Origin: a virus
Lineage: Duplodnaviria > Caudoviricetes
Virus record (IMG/VR): IMGVR_UViG_3300002092_000016
Location: 1 to 36,943 of that record
Reading direction: 5' to 3' (one strand)
Length of the DNA: 36,943 nt
The translations under genes were made by a program, and so were the position numbers. This document shows positions 15,901-24,736 of the stretch, piece after piece (position 1 is the first letter of the stretch; the number at the start of each line of letters is the position of its first letter). The notes beneath the pieces are model-generated. The model saw only the letters and a program-made list of their open reading frames with translations, did not search any database and was not told the DNA's origin.

Positions 15901-18900
15901 CCCCCTGCTTGGGGATGGTTAGATGGAAACTTTCCATCAGTTCCTACCCTTCCAGCAAACGTACTTTTCCCCCGTTTAATGGCATTAACAAGAGTTGTTC
16001 CATCAGAAGATTTTGTCCATTCAATAGAATCAACGGATTGGCGAATAGAATCTTCATACCTATCCACTTGATCAATTCCCTTTGTCCACCCAATCCATTC
16101 CTTACCGGATGCTACTGCATCCCGTAAGGCACGTTTGAACATCTGGATGCTCCAGTCCTTACGGAAGGGGGCATCTGGGATACCTTCTGTTCCATGCACT
16201 CTAACATTGTAGTCTTTTTCAGTGTCTCTGTATTTTACTGCAAAATCTTGAGCCTCATCATGCGTCTTAAAATTTCCAAGCACCTCATCTCCTGTTCGCA
16301 CAGTAAAAGGATATTCTCCATTTTCTCCTGCATACCCTCTCTCTCTTCCTTTCTGATGCCTGTCAGACTGAATCTCTTCAATGAACAAACCATCCTTACC
16401 AGAGGCATCCTTGCGTTCGTCTAGCCTCATGTGGGCTACATAGTTGGGGATGTCGGAGAAGTGGGGGGAGGTGTAGGTGTTTCCGTTATCAGCTTTTTCT
16501 TTCTGTCTTTGGTCAAATGCTTTTTTAGCTTTCCAATAACTATTCTGGTTTAATAATTCTAATGCTTTGGCTGTAGCGATTTCAGGTGTTGACCAATATT
16601 GCCCCCCAAACCCTTGAGCATGTTTTTGTCCAGCTGGGATGATGCCAAATCCCTGCCCTTTATTCATTCCGTTTTGATCTTGAATAACGTACCAACCTTC
16701 TGGTAGTGCCGTGATCGTTGCAGGAGCTTGAAACTGTTCTAGGGGTTCAGTGTTTGCTGTAGGTAAAGTCAGCACTACCTCCCTGTAGTTCTCACCGTTG
16801 GGGAGTACCCATGTGGAGTGTTTGGGGTTATTCTCCCTGTTCTGTGCATCAGCAAGGTACTCACGAACTGCTTGATCGTATGCCGAATAATTTTCGGATA
16901 TTCGTGCCTCTTCTTTTAGAGATTCAAGGTCTTCTTGTGTCCACCTTTTTTTAACGCCACCCAGAACCTTCTCCTCAAACTTCACCGACCCCTCATTCTT
17001 GAGGTAGTCCAGCACCTCGGCCTTGGTGACGGTCTTTTTCCCCTCTAAAAACCCATCCAAGTTTGACCACTTGATCTCGTCAGGTTTGACCCCAGATCCC
17101 TTGGCAGGGTCAATGATGGCACGAATCTGCTCCACAGATGCCTTGTTGGGCATCTTGTCGGAGACGGTCTTCTGGAGTTGGGAATAGAAATCTTCCTTGG
17201 GATCATCTTTCTGGAAGAGTACACCGTGTTTCTTACTATAGAATCTTGGGTCTTGAGGAGTTGTGTATTTGGGGTTTTTAGCTAACACTAATCCACCCAC
17301 TTGAATCACCCTATCTGCACCAATAACAGGTTGACCTGTTTTGCGATCATAGAACCATGAGTGCCTTGCTGGATTCATTCCAAGCTGAACATAAGAGGGG
17401 TCTTTTATTGCTGCCTCTGCTTCAGTTTTTGCAGACGTGGGAGTTGATGCCTCCCATGCTCCAAGCATCCTTGCAAAACTATTTTTATGTAATTCATCAG
17501 TAGCAATCCCCAAGGCAGCATCTGGATTGGATATAAAAACCACATCATTTGCTATTGCCACAGGTTCATATCCAACAATCTTTCCTAATTTGACTCCGTT
17601 GGCATCATGCACTGATACAATCCAAACCCCATAATCACGATAAGCAGGTATATCCAAACGCAACCCAACCATATCTCCATCTTTAAGGTATTTTAATGCA
17701 TGACCAACTTGTTTTCTTTGATCATCTTTTAAGGATGACATCAATTCTGACTTGGTTGCTGGTTTTGGAACGGAGTCCATTTCCCTATAAGGCATGTATC
17801 TTTCAACCAACTTGATGTATTCTTCCTGTGATATCTTCTTATCACGGTAATCTTTAGCTGCCTTTACAACCTCTGGGATTTTCTTGGTGACATCCTTAAA
17901 GTCTACTTCATCTTTCTGGAACCGGATGTCGTTGCTCTCGGAGTTGAAGCGTTGGGAAAGGGGGATGACGTTGCCGTCAGAGTCACGGGTGATTGGGTCT
18001 GCTGATTTGATTTGAGAGGGGTGGGTCACTAGGATCTCGTCGCCATTTGCAAGAACATACCCATCATTTCCAAGTTGCTTTAGCCTTTCTAACCCCCTTT
18101 CTCCCTTTCCGTCATCCCAATCGGTTATGTCTCCCCCAAGATGCCGCCCAAGGGAATCCCAATTTTTCCCAACAAACGGGTTTTGAAAAACAATATATGC
18201 CCTTTTTCTGTATTTATTTTTCTCCCCTTCTGGCAAATGAGAGGAATGATTTTTGTCTGTGGAAAAAAACATACCCTTTATTGGCAAAAACCCTCCAGTA
18301 TTGCTCCCAGCTTTATCCATGTCATAGGAGCTAAACTCCGCGTTTGTTCCATGCCATGCCATGATTGCACCTGCCTCCTTTGCGGCCTCGTCCACCAACC
18401 GTTGCTGTGACTCTGTGTCACCGGATTTGACTGCTGCATCGTACTCATCGTCCCTCTGGAACTTATTGACCCCCATTGCATCATTGGCATCCGAGGGTTC
18501 CACCCGTTCACTGATTGCCCACTCGTGCAGGGTCTGGGCTAGAAGGTCACGTGCTTTCTCAAGGTCATTAAAGTGGGAGTTGCTCCCCATTTGATACCCA
18601 TGGAGTTTCTGGATGATCGTGTCAAGCCACTGCTTGATGGCACCAGCAACGGTCTTAAAAAGAGTCGGATCTGCTTTTTGCAACCGATCCCACATATCCT
18701 TGTTCCCAAGGTTGTTTCCAAGGAAGTCAGCAATGACTTCATCCACCCGTTCTTCCGGTTGGTAGAGACGTTTTTCCAAATCCACTCTCCCCATGTCCTT
18801 GATCATGGGCAAGAGTTGATCCTTTAGCTTCTTGGCAAGGTCAGGATACTGCTCTGACAAAGAGTGCCACAACTCGTGACCGAGAGTGAAAAGATGGGGA

Positions 18901-21344
18901 CGATCCCCATCGATGTTCAGAAACACATACCCCCGTAATTCAAAGGAGGTATTGATTAACCCATTCCCTGCATCCCCTGACTCTGTTTTGTAGAGGACGA
19001 GTTTCTGCCCAAAGATCCGAGCTATTCGGTCTGCGAATAGGTAGGATGGTTCCTTCCGTAGTTGATCAAGTTCCTCTCCGGTTGCGGCTCGAACCCTAGT
19101 GACCGTGCCCGTTCCATCTTTGCCACTTGCTTGAGATGCCAAGCTGCCATTGAGCTTGGTGATAGGTCTTTGTGCCTCGGCATTACTGACGGTGACGGTG
19201 AGTTGCTCATCAGGTGTCTTTATAGGATCACTTGAGGTATCCGTCAACTCCGGTACGTGGATGGTGACGGATGGGTCTGTGGGAGTCCTTCCCTCATCCA
19301 GAACCGTCTTGGCATCCTCACTGGTGGAGGTAGTCCAGTCATTGCCATCCCTCATTGTCCTTTCATGCTGGGCAATCAGGTGCTCCCTCATGGCATCCGT
19401 GTAGGCAGTTTCTGCTGCATCCCTGTCCGAAAAAGAGACCGTGTGGGTTTCTCCCTCTGGGGTTGTGGTGACCACGTGGAACGTGCCGTCGTAATTATTG
19501 ACCAACTTGGGGGCATCAGGGGAATTAATGATGTCGAGTACTTGCTGGTAGTTGTCCTTTCGGAGTTGTTCCCCTGCCTTGATGTCTTCCTCAGTGCGTT
19601 TTTTCCAACCGTCTGTGATTGCTTTCAGACGTTGATCTTCCGGTAGTTGGGAAATCCGAGTGGCCTCTTCATGGGAAAACCCTGCTTCCTTGAGCACCAT
19701 TGGGTCTGCTGCATTCTTGGCAGCTTGCTTGGCAACCTCTGGGTCAACCTTGCCACCACCGGAGAGGACATGCATGGCACCCCCCATGATTCCGAGTTGG
19801 ATGAAGAGGGAGGGAGTTTCCTTGAGAATGTTCCAATACTCCTGAGCAAAGTCCTCACCAGCATTGATGTCCTTGTTCCAAGCATGCTCCAACTGTGCGT
19901 ACAGGGTCTTGGCAAGGTTGCCAGCACTGAGCATCAACGTGGAACCTGCCGTGTGCTTGAGTACCCCGACAACCGTGGGTGCCACCTTGCCGAGCAGATG
20001 GATGCCCTTGGTGCCGACCACCGTATTGACGGCAGCAGGGACAAGGGATCTCCAGTTAGCTTCCGAGGCAGACATGTTGGGGTTCTCTGCCAACCTCTTG
20101 AGGGTTTCATTGGCAATCTCATTGGCACCAAATGCAATTTCACCCATGACCGGAACCAAGAACGGAACAACCTGTGGGATCAGACCTGCCAGACCCGTTG
20201 CCGTGTCGGACACAAACCCCTTCCATCCCTTGTGGACTGGGGGTGCATTAATGACACTCTGGTCAAAGGTTCTGACCTTTTGAGCCAAGAGGATGTCATT
20301 GTATTGGTCTTGGTACTTCTGCTTCTCCTCTGGGGTGGTGGCAGCATTCCGTGCTTTCTCCGCTTGCAGCAGGTTGCTGACTTCCCCGTACCGATTAAAA
20401 CTCTCGGCTGAGTTGACAAAGGCATTGTAGACCGATCCCAAGTTGCCCACTCCTTCCCCCATGTGGGTGGCCTTGACGTACTGCTGGGCAAGTCCCAAGA
20501 CCGTGTTGAGTTGGTCGTTTGGCAAACCACGGAGGTATGTCCGTGGGTCGGTGTAGGTGGGAAATTCCTTGGAGTAATTATTGGCCTTTGCTTCTGGGGT
20601 GTTCCCCGTCAAGGCATCAACAAACTTTTTCGCCAACTGTCCGTCTGGGGTATTGAAGGATGCTTGGGTGGGTTTGTAGACCGAGTTAAAGGCAGCAAGT
20701 TTGTCGGAATCAGACAACCCCTTGAGGGCATCCTGATGGGCAGATTGCCAGTCATTAAACCTTTTTAGGGGTGGCACGGACATCCCCTTCTCGGCATCTG
20801 AAAAGGCATCCTGCACTGCTTGGGTCTTGAGGGCATCGATGGCACCGGCACGGGAGTCGTGCTGCTCAAAGACCCCTTGGAGGTTCTTACGGAAGGTGCC
20901 GACATTGTCGGTGGGATCAAACTTGTAGTGTTTTTCCAGTTGGGCTTGATACCAACCGTAGTTATCAACCACATCACTCATTGCTGCTCCGGTCAAATGG
21001 GAGACGGCAGCATAGGCAGCAACCTGATCACGGTATCCTTGGGGATCTGTATTCTTTTGAGAATTTAAGACTGCCTGATCTGCCTGACCTCCGAGGTTGA
21101 CGGGGTCGTAGATCATTGCTTTGACCCGTTGCTCTTGGGATTGGTAGGCAGGGGTTGAGGTCAGATCGGTGCCAAAGGGTCTCTGGTTACCTCCGTTGTC
21201 TTGGATTGCCGTATCAACCTCCGGTGAGGAGGTGAGGTCATGGAACTTGTTTTCTAATCGGGCAACATACAACTGCCCTGCTGGATCGGGAGTTGATGGT
21301 GGTATTTCAGAAGAGGAGGGAGCATAGGTGAGGTTATCAGCCAT
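12987..21344 (-). CDS. Giant ejection (gp16-position) polyvalent protein: zincin peptidase, ADP-ribosyltransferase-like and other effector modules
   Basis: 2785 aa; third internal-virion gene, before the fibre; HELWH at aa 823-827; AWHGT...GMFFS...DEILV...QIKSA; FIEEIQSD module. Confidence 0.85.
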   Translation of the reverse strand: MADNLTYAPSSSEIPPSTPDPAGQLYVARLENKFHDLTSSPEVDTAIQDNGGNQRPFGTDLTSTPAYQSQEQRVKAMIYDPVNLGGQADQAVLNSQKNTDPQGYRDQVAAYAAVSHLTGAAMSDVVDNYGWYQAQLEKHYKFDPTDNVGTFRKNLQGVFEQHDSRAGAIDALKTQAVQDAFSDAEKGMSVPPLKRFNDWQSAHQDALKGLSDSDKLAAFNSVYKPTQASFNTPDGQLAKKFVDALTGNTPEAKANNYSKEFPTYTDPRTYLRGLPNDQLNTVLGLAQQYVKATHMGEGVGNLGSVYNAFVNSAESFNRYGEVSNLLQAEKARNAATTPEEKQKYQDQYNDILLAQKVRTFDQSVINAPPVHKGWKGFVSDTATGLAGLIPQVVPFLVPVMGEIAFGANEIANETLKRLAENPNMSASEANWRSLVPAAVNTVVGTKGIHLLGKVAPTVVGVLKHTAGSTLMLSAGNLAKTLYAQLEHAWNKDINAGEDFAQEYWNILKETPSLFIQLGIMGGAMHVLSGGGKVDPEVAKQAAKNAADPMVLKEAGFSHEEATRISQLPEDQRLKAITDGWKKRTEEDIKAGEQLRKDNYQQVLDIINSPDAPKLVNNYDGTFHVVTTTPEGETHTVSFSDRDAAETAYTDAMREHLIAQHERTMRDGNDWTTSTSEDAKTVLDEGRTPTDPSVTIHVPELTDTSSDPIKTPDEQLTVTVSNAEAQRPITKLNGSLASQASGKDGTGTVTRVRAATGEELDQLRKEPSYLFADRIARIFGQKLVLYKTESGDAGNGLINTSFELRGYVFLNIDGDRPHLFTLGHELWHSLSEQYPDLAKKLKDQLLPMIKDMGRVDLEKRLYQPEERVDEVIADFLGNNLGNKDMWDRLQKADPTLFKTVAGAIKQWLDTIIQKLHGYQMGSNSHFNDLEKARDLLAQTLHEWAISERVEPSDANDAMGVNKFQRDDEYDAAVKSGDTESQQRLVDEAAKEAGAIMAWHGTNAEFSSYDMDKAGSNTGGFLPIKGMFFSTDKNHSSHLPEGEKNKYRKRAYIVFQNPFVGKNWDSLGRHLGGDITDWDDGKGERGLERLKQLGNDGYVLANGDEILVTHPSQIKSADPITRDSDGNVIPLSQRFNSESNDIRFQKDEVDFKDVTKKIPEVVKAAKDYRDKKISQEEYIKLVERYMPYREMDSVPKPATKSELMSSLKDDQRKQVGHALKYLKDGDMVGLRLDIPAYRDYGVWIVSVHDANGVKLGKIVGYEPVAIANDVVFISNPDAALGIATDELHKNSFARMLGAWEASTPTSAKTEAEAAIKDPSYVQLGMNPARHSWFYDRKTGQPVIGADRVIQVGGLVLAKNPKYTTPQDPRFYSKKHGVLFQKDDPKEDFYSQLQKTVSDKMPNKASVEQIRAIIDPAKGSGVKPDEIKWSNLDGFLEGKKTVTKAEVLDYLKNEGSVKFEEKVLGGVKKRWTQEDLESLKEEARISENYSAYDQAVREYLADAQNRENNPKHSTWVLPNGENYREVVLTLPTANTEPLEQFQAPATITALPEGWYVIQDQNGMNKGQGFGIIPAGQKHAQGFGGQYWSTPEIATAKALELLNQNSYWKAKKAFDQRQKEKADNGNTYTSPHFSDIPNYVAHMRLDERKDASGKDGLFIEEIQSDRHQKGRERGYAGENGEYPFTVRTGDEVLGNFKTHDEAQDFAVKYRDTEKDYNVRVHGTEGIPDAPFRKDWSIQMFKRALRDAVASGKEWIGWTKGIDQVDRYEDSIRQSVDSIEWTKSSDGTTLVNAIKRGKSTFAGRVGTDGKFPSNHPQAGGKTLDEVIGKGMAEKIMSGGDTGTLNGKDLTIGGEGMKGFYDQILPNEIGKYVKKWGAKVEEGVLPIEEAKQKIKGSGTIWSTPDDAYRIWKENDGTISIQKLSKNGYVDAMEDKDIPISVWDKYDEVSEQEINHTPIWKVSITPEMRQTISEGGQTLFQKNTPIITGKTPPPPTLREKSEETLRNLQRTIRDLPAASPFKKSLLKWSSRSQQSTNEIERAQHEVEKVAPNLVTREGITNWLEAGGDKTLLRLRAKTAIEKYKAGYEAALNFTPEQEALANKIKSTFDILLKRGNSWGLDLGTRENYVPHVYKTEPQAPSGSTPKRLSEFFKFSQERTFDTYHEGESNGYQPETKDIAKLLGLYMNDMSNAINSRRFVEELRGLKASDGRPLLSGRGSGKDTTTDKGTTHLVYPDAADEGTEDYKKLDQPALHDWKFAGKADDGSMILSKGDLAVHPEIATHLNNALSSSAITRWINSKTGNPFLNATKSVANFGLKAQGYAKGTMLSFSPFHQVQEGIHAIGHRINPFAGLPKIDLRNPDMKDAADHGLMLAHDRLSQSLFMEGVGDNNSNLITMGLRKIGWGLGGKAADTVDAYQHYLFSQYIPSLKFQTYTHILERNMDRYKKDLAKGTVDEWQIKNLSARQSNAAYGHLNYTDMGHNPTIRHALQIILLAPDFLEARGRFVAQAAKGLVGGKVGAEQLQALAFLAIVQFVGARIFNKLTNDDYEWEHPFEIRVGNKYYGLRSVPEDMYKLATNTTGFIGGRISPIFGRFVQEGVFGVNYRGEHTTVGNAIADIIAGIVPMSMQSMVGQWTQTGKANPISWWEQMLTSAGVQIHRYSPITTMYPLAKKWVHANYPENDQKGSYPVSKFQQLRYALEDSNEESVAKQMKILDESGMSHHEITRGFTASVNHPFTGSRATDKQWVKTLDEDDLQRYKAAVERKKEILRRYHHMTGHHPVSNPVEDEQNPQ

Positions 21345-21347
21345 AAA

Positions 21348-23438
21348 TTAAGAATTGAGCATATTGATCTCTGCGTTCCTACGGTTCACGAGCAACGGGG
21401 AGTGTTTCCCTTCTACAGTGACCCACTTGTACTCAGCCATTTTCTTGGCTAGAGCACCCAAGTCACCTCGTGAGGCTTTAATGACCTTGGCACCTGCTCC
21501 CGTGTTGAAATCAAACGAGGTCAATGCCGTCTGCTGTGCTGGTGTCAAAGTCATGCCCACATCAGATGCTGCCTTCACCACATTGGATGTGTGGGTGGAG
21601 AGTTCTTGGGTCAGTCGTGCCGAGGCATCCTCCTCACTGATGGAAGACTCACCCTTCTTGGCATGGGTGCCGTAACCGATAGACCCCGTGTCTTTGTCAG
21701 AATCGGTGTAGGCATGTGCCGTGAATCCCTCTTGTTGCTTTACAAAGGCAACCGTCTCTTGACTTACGGAAGACGTATCATTGCTGACAACCGTGGGGTT
21801 GTTGGCAACATCACTAGATGTAGGGGTGGCATCCGAGGTCTTGCCCTTAGTGGAATTTGGGTGGAAGAAATTGTAGATAGCCCCGTGTGGGGGTGCCGTC
21901 TTGAGGGGAGTCATGGCATCCTGACCCTGTTGATATTTGGTCATGGCAGAATTGATTCTGTCTTGAGCCTCCTTCATCGAGGTGGGGGCACCCTCTGGGT
22001 ACTTGTCACGTCCGATCTGACCTCCCTGCATGACCTGCTCTTGAATACCTTGCAGCTTGTAGTAGGCAGCATTGTGGGCATCTGCCTCCTCAATGGAGGT
22101 AGGGGTTGCCACAAAATCACCAAAGTATCCACCCTTGAGGTTGGTATCCAGTTGCTTGCTCACAAACTGAGCAATCTTGGTTTCTGGCTTGAGGTTGCCG
22201 TTGTTGGCAGGGTCGGCAAGTTCTCCACGTCTCTTATCAAGTTGCTTGATTAGGTCATCCGTCTGGGGGGAGGGGACATTGCCCATGATCCAGAGTTTGC
22301 GATCCATGTACTGCTTGGCAACCGGATCGGCATTAGCACCCTTGTCAGGAAAGGTGCCGACCAGATTGTTCCCTTGGTTGAAATTAGCCTCTCCTTTAGC
22401 AGTCCCTGCCCACGGATTGGTCAGGTATTGACGGACGGCAGCTTGAGCATCCTTTCCTGTTGCATCATCAATGCCAGTGAGTGCTTTGAACTGGGGATCA
22501 TTTTCAAACTGGGATGCATCTTTGATGGTTCCAGCATCAATCTGGCTTTTGAAAAAACTGGCAGTCTTCCAGATGTTGTCATTTTTGACCACGTCCACGA
22601 CCCCTGCAATTTTTTTTACGTTTGCGGCATCAAGGTTGGGATACCCCTTGAGGGTAGTTCCGGTCTTGGATGCTGCTTGGAAGTCTTTGGCAATGGCTCC
22701 ATTGGGATTGGTCACGATCTCGGTGACGGCACCATTGTAATCAATGGAGACTTCTTTCTGTTTGTTAAGGGATAGCTGCTGCTCCTTGGAAAGGAGTCCC
22801 CGTCCATTGGCAGCATCGTACTGGGCATCAAATGCCTTCCAGTCACCTTTCTTTGCTGCTTCCTGTAGTCCGGTTAGGGCATCCACGGCATCGTCTTGGT
22901 GCTGCTGGGAGTAGGCTTGATTTGCTGCCGTTGCCATCCCCGTGTGGTATGTATGCATGACGTTATGCATCATAGCTCTCTGCTCCCAAGGGGTGAGTTG
23001 GTTCTGACCGTTGACCCCGTTGATCAGGTTGGCACCGTTTTCCCCTGCTGCATCTGCCCAAGCACTCGGCCACTGGGAGACGGGAAGTTGCGATTTCTTC
23101 TCGTCGTACATTTTAGAAACATCAGTCTGGTTCTGGTAAAACTTGAGTGTTCCGGTGTACTGGGCTTGCTCGTATGCCTTCTTTTTTTGCTCGGCATCGA
23201 TCTGCATGACCGTTCCTGCAACCTGTCCGGTAGCAGTGGAGATTTCTCGACCCAAGTGCATCTGGGCATCGTACTCAATCCCTGCCTTGGCAGGGTCTTG
23301 CATGGCACCTTGGAATCCACGTGCAATGTCACTTTTGGCCTGATCTCCCACACGGTCAGTGGGGAAACGGTAATCCGAGACAGGTGTAAAGACACCTGTG
23401 GGTGCGTTGGGAATGTCGGTGAGGGGGATGGTTGCCAT
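21348..23438 (-). CDS. Internal virion protein with C-terminal GH24 lysozyme domain
   Basis: Helical body; FVKQQEGF...AYTD...SIGYGT...FNTGAG...LVNRRNAE. Confidence 0.85.
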   Translation of the reverse strand: MATIPLTDIPNAPTGVFTPVSDYRFPTDRVGDQAKSDIARGFQGAMQDPAKAGIEYDAQMHLGREISTATGQVAGTVMQIDAEQKKKAYEQAQYTGTLKFYQNQTDVSKMYDEKKSQLPVSQWPSAWADAAGENGANLINGVNGQNQLTPWEQRAMMHNVMHTYHTGMATAANQAYSQQHQDDAVDALTGLQEAAKKGDWKAFDAQYDAANGRGLLSKEQQLSLNKQKEVSIDYNGAVTEIVTNPNGAIAKDFQAASKTGTTLKGYPNLDAANVKKIAGVVDVVKNDNIWKTASFFKSQIDAGTIKDASQFENDPQFKALTGIDDATGKDAQAAVRQYLTNPWAGTAKGEANFNQGNNLVGTFPDKGANADPVAKQYMDRKLWIMGNVPSPQTDDLIKQLDKRRGELADPANNGNLKPETKIAQFVSKQLDTNLKGGYFGDFVATPTSIEEADAHNAAYYKLQGIQEQVMQGGQIGRDKYPEGAPTSMKEAQDRINSAMTKYQQGQDAMTPLKTAPPHGAIYNFFHPNSTKGKTSDATPTSSDVANNPTVVSNDTSSVSQETVAFVKQQEGFTAHAYTDSDKDTGSIGYGTHAKKGESSISEEDASARLTQELSTHTSNVVKAASDVGMTLTPAQQTALTSFDFNTGAGAKVIKASRGDLGALAKKMAEYKWVTVEGKHSPLLVNRRNAEINMLNS

Positions 23439-23441
23439 AGG

Positions 23442-24251
23442 TCAACGAAGGGAAGTCCACGAGGTCATTTGCGGAGTGAACCCAATGGACGCATTAGCCT
23501 GACGTTGTGACCCTAGCATATTGGTATCCAGTAATGACGGTGCCTTGGAGGAGTAGTAGGAGGCAGTTCCGATGGCAGAGGCAGCAGCACCGATACCAGC
23601 AATGGCAGAGGAATACCCTTGGGTGACCGTTGCGTTGGCAGCATTGTTGGCTTGCTGCTGTTGGACTCCGACTCCAGCAATCCCTGCTGTTTGTGACCAA
23701 TCTGCCATTGCCCCAGCATACTCAAATTGCTTGGCAGTTTCACGGGTGAGTGCTGCTTGGTAGCTGCTCATGGAACCCTGCCAATCGGTGTTCATGGCAG
23801 TTAAATTGGTGTTGTAGGCAGCATCCATGCGTTGGAGTTGCTGGATGCCCCCTTGGTAGGCTTGAACGACCAGAGGACTGCCAGAATCAGCAGTGACACC
23901 GGAGGAGGCATAGGTGGCTTTAGTGGAGGAATTGGATTGCTCGGCTTGCATGACCATCCGGTTTTCCTGTTCAAATCCTGCCTTTTCCGTGCTCCGTGCC
24001 GACTGGTGGTAGATGGCAGCATTGGTGTCATACTGCTGTGCTTGAGCAATGGCAGTCTTGTAGTTCATGTCTGCCTGATATTTGGCAATCTCCGTCTGTG
24101 CCTCGATCTGCCTTTTAGAAAGGTAGGCATTGGAGGCAGCAGCACCACGTTGGGCACTGGCAGATTCTTGGGACGAATAGATGGAATACCCTGCCCCAGC
24201 AACGGCAGCAGCAGCAGTGACCCCTAGGGCAATGGTGCTTATTGGAAACAT
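23442..24251 (-). CDS. Internal virion (ejection) protein, gp14 position
   Basis: A/Q-rich; hydrophobic N-terminus; YASSGV...GSPL motif. Confidence 0.8.
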   Translation of the reverse strand: MFPISTIALGVTAAAAVAGAGYSIYSSQESASAQRGAAASNAYLSKRQIEAQTEIAKYQADMNYKTAIAQAQQYDTNAAIYHQSARSTEKAGFEQENRMVMQAEQSNSSTKATYASSGVTADSGSPLVVQAYQGGIQQLQRMDAAYNTNLTAMNTDWQGSMSSYQAALTRETAKQFEYAGAMADWSQTAGIAGVGVQQQQANNAANATVTQGYSSAIAGIGAAASAIGTASYYSSKAPSLLDTNMLGSQRQANASIGFTPQMTSWTSLR

Positions 24252-24694
24252 AGTGCCTCCTTGGTTAGGTATTGTTGACGGAATCCCTGTGGGAGCAGGT
24301 CGTTGTCACAATAGGTGATCTCCTCGGCAATCTTGTCTGGGTCAGTCTCATTGAAGGGATTGGCATGGATGGTCAGGAGGATTGAATCCTCGTGAAACAC
24401 AATGACCCGACACCGATTGGGGACAGTGATCTCCATGTGGGGTGCAGAAAGCATCACGTGCTCACCCTCCTCGTTGACTACCTCGATCCGTCCCTTGATC
24501 AGGAGGAACGGGTGGGTGGTCTTATGGGTTCTGGTGCACCACAACTGACCAGCAGGGACGTTTCCCTGACGGACATACAAACCCTCGGTAAAGTGGTGGA
24601 TCATCTCAAAATCTGCTTGGGGTAAGAGGGCACATTCCTTTGCAAGAACGTCCATCTTTCTCTTATGCGTCAGATGATTTGAAAGGTGATCCAT
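24239..24694 (-). CDS. Cupin-fold protein
   Basis: HHFTEGLYVR...PAG...HKTTHPFLLIKG...TIHAN. Confidence 0.75.
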   Translation of the reverse strand: MDHLSNHLTHKRKMDVLAKECALLPQADFEMIHHFTEGLYVRQGNVPAGQLWCTRTHKTTHPFLLIKGRIEVVNEEGEHVMLSAPHMEITVPNRCRVIVFHEDSILLTIHANPFNETDPDKIAEEITYCDNDLLPQGFRQQYLTKEALCFQ

Positions 24695-24736
24695 TAGGGG
24701 AGGTGTATATCAGTAACAAAGTGCTTTCACAAAAAG

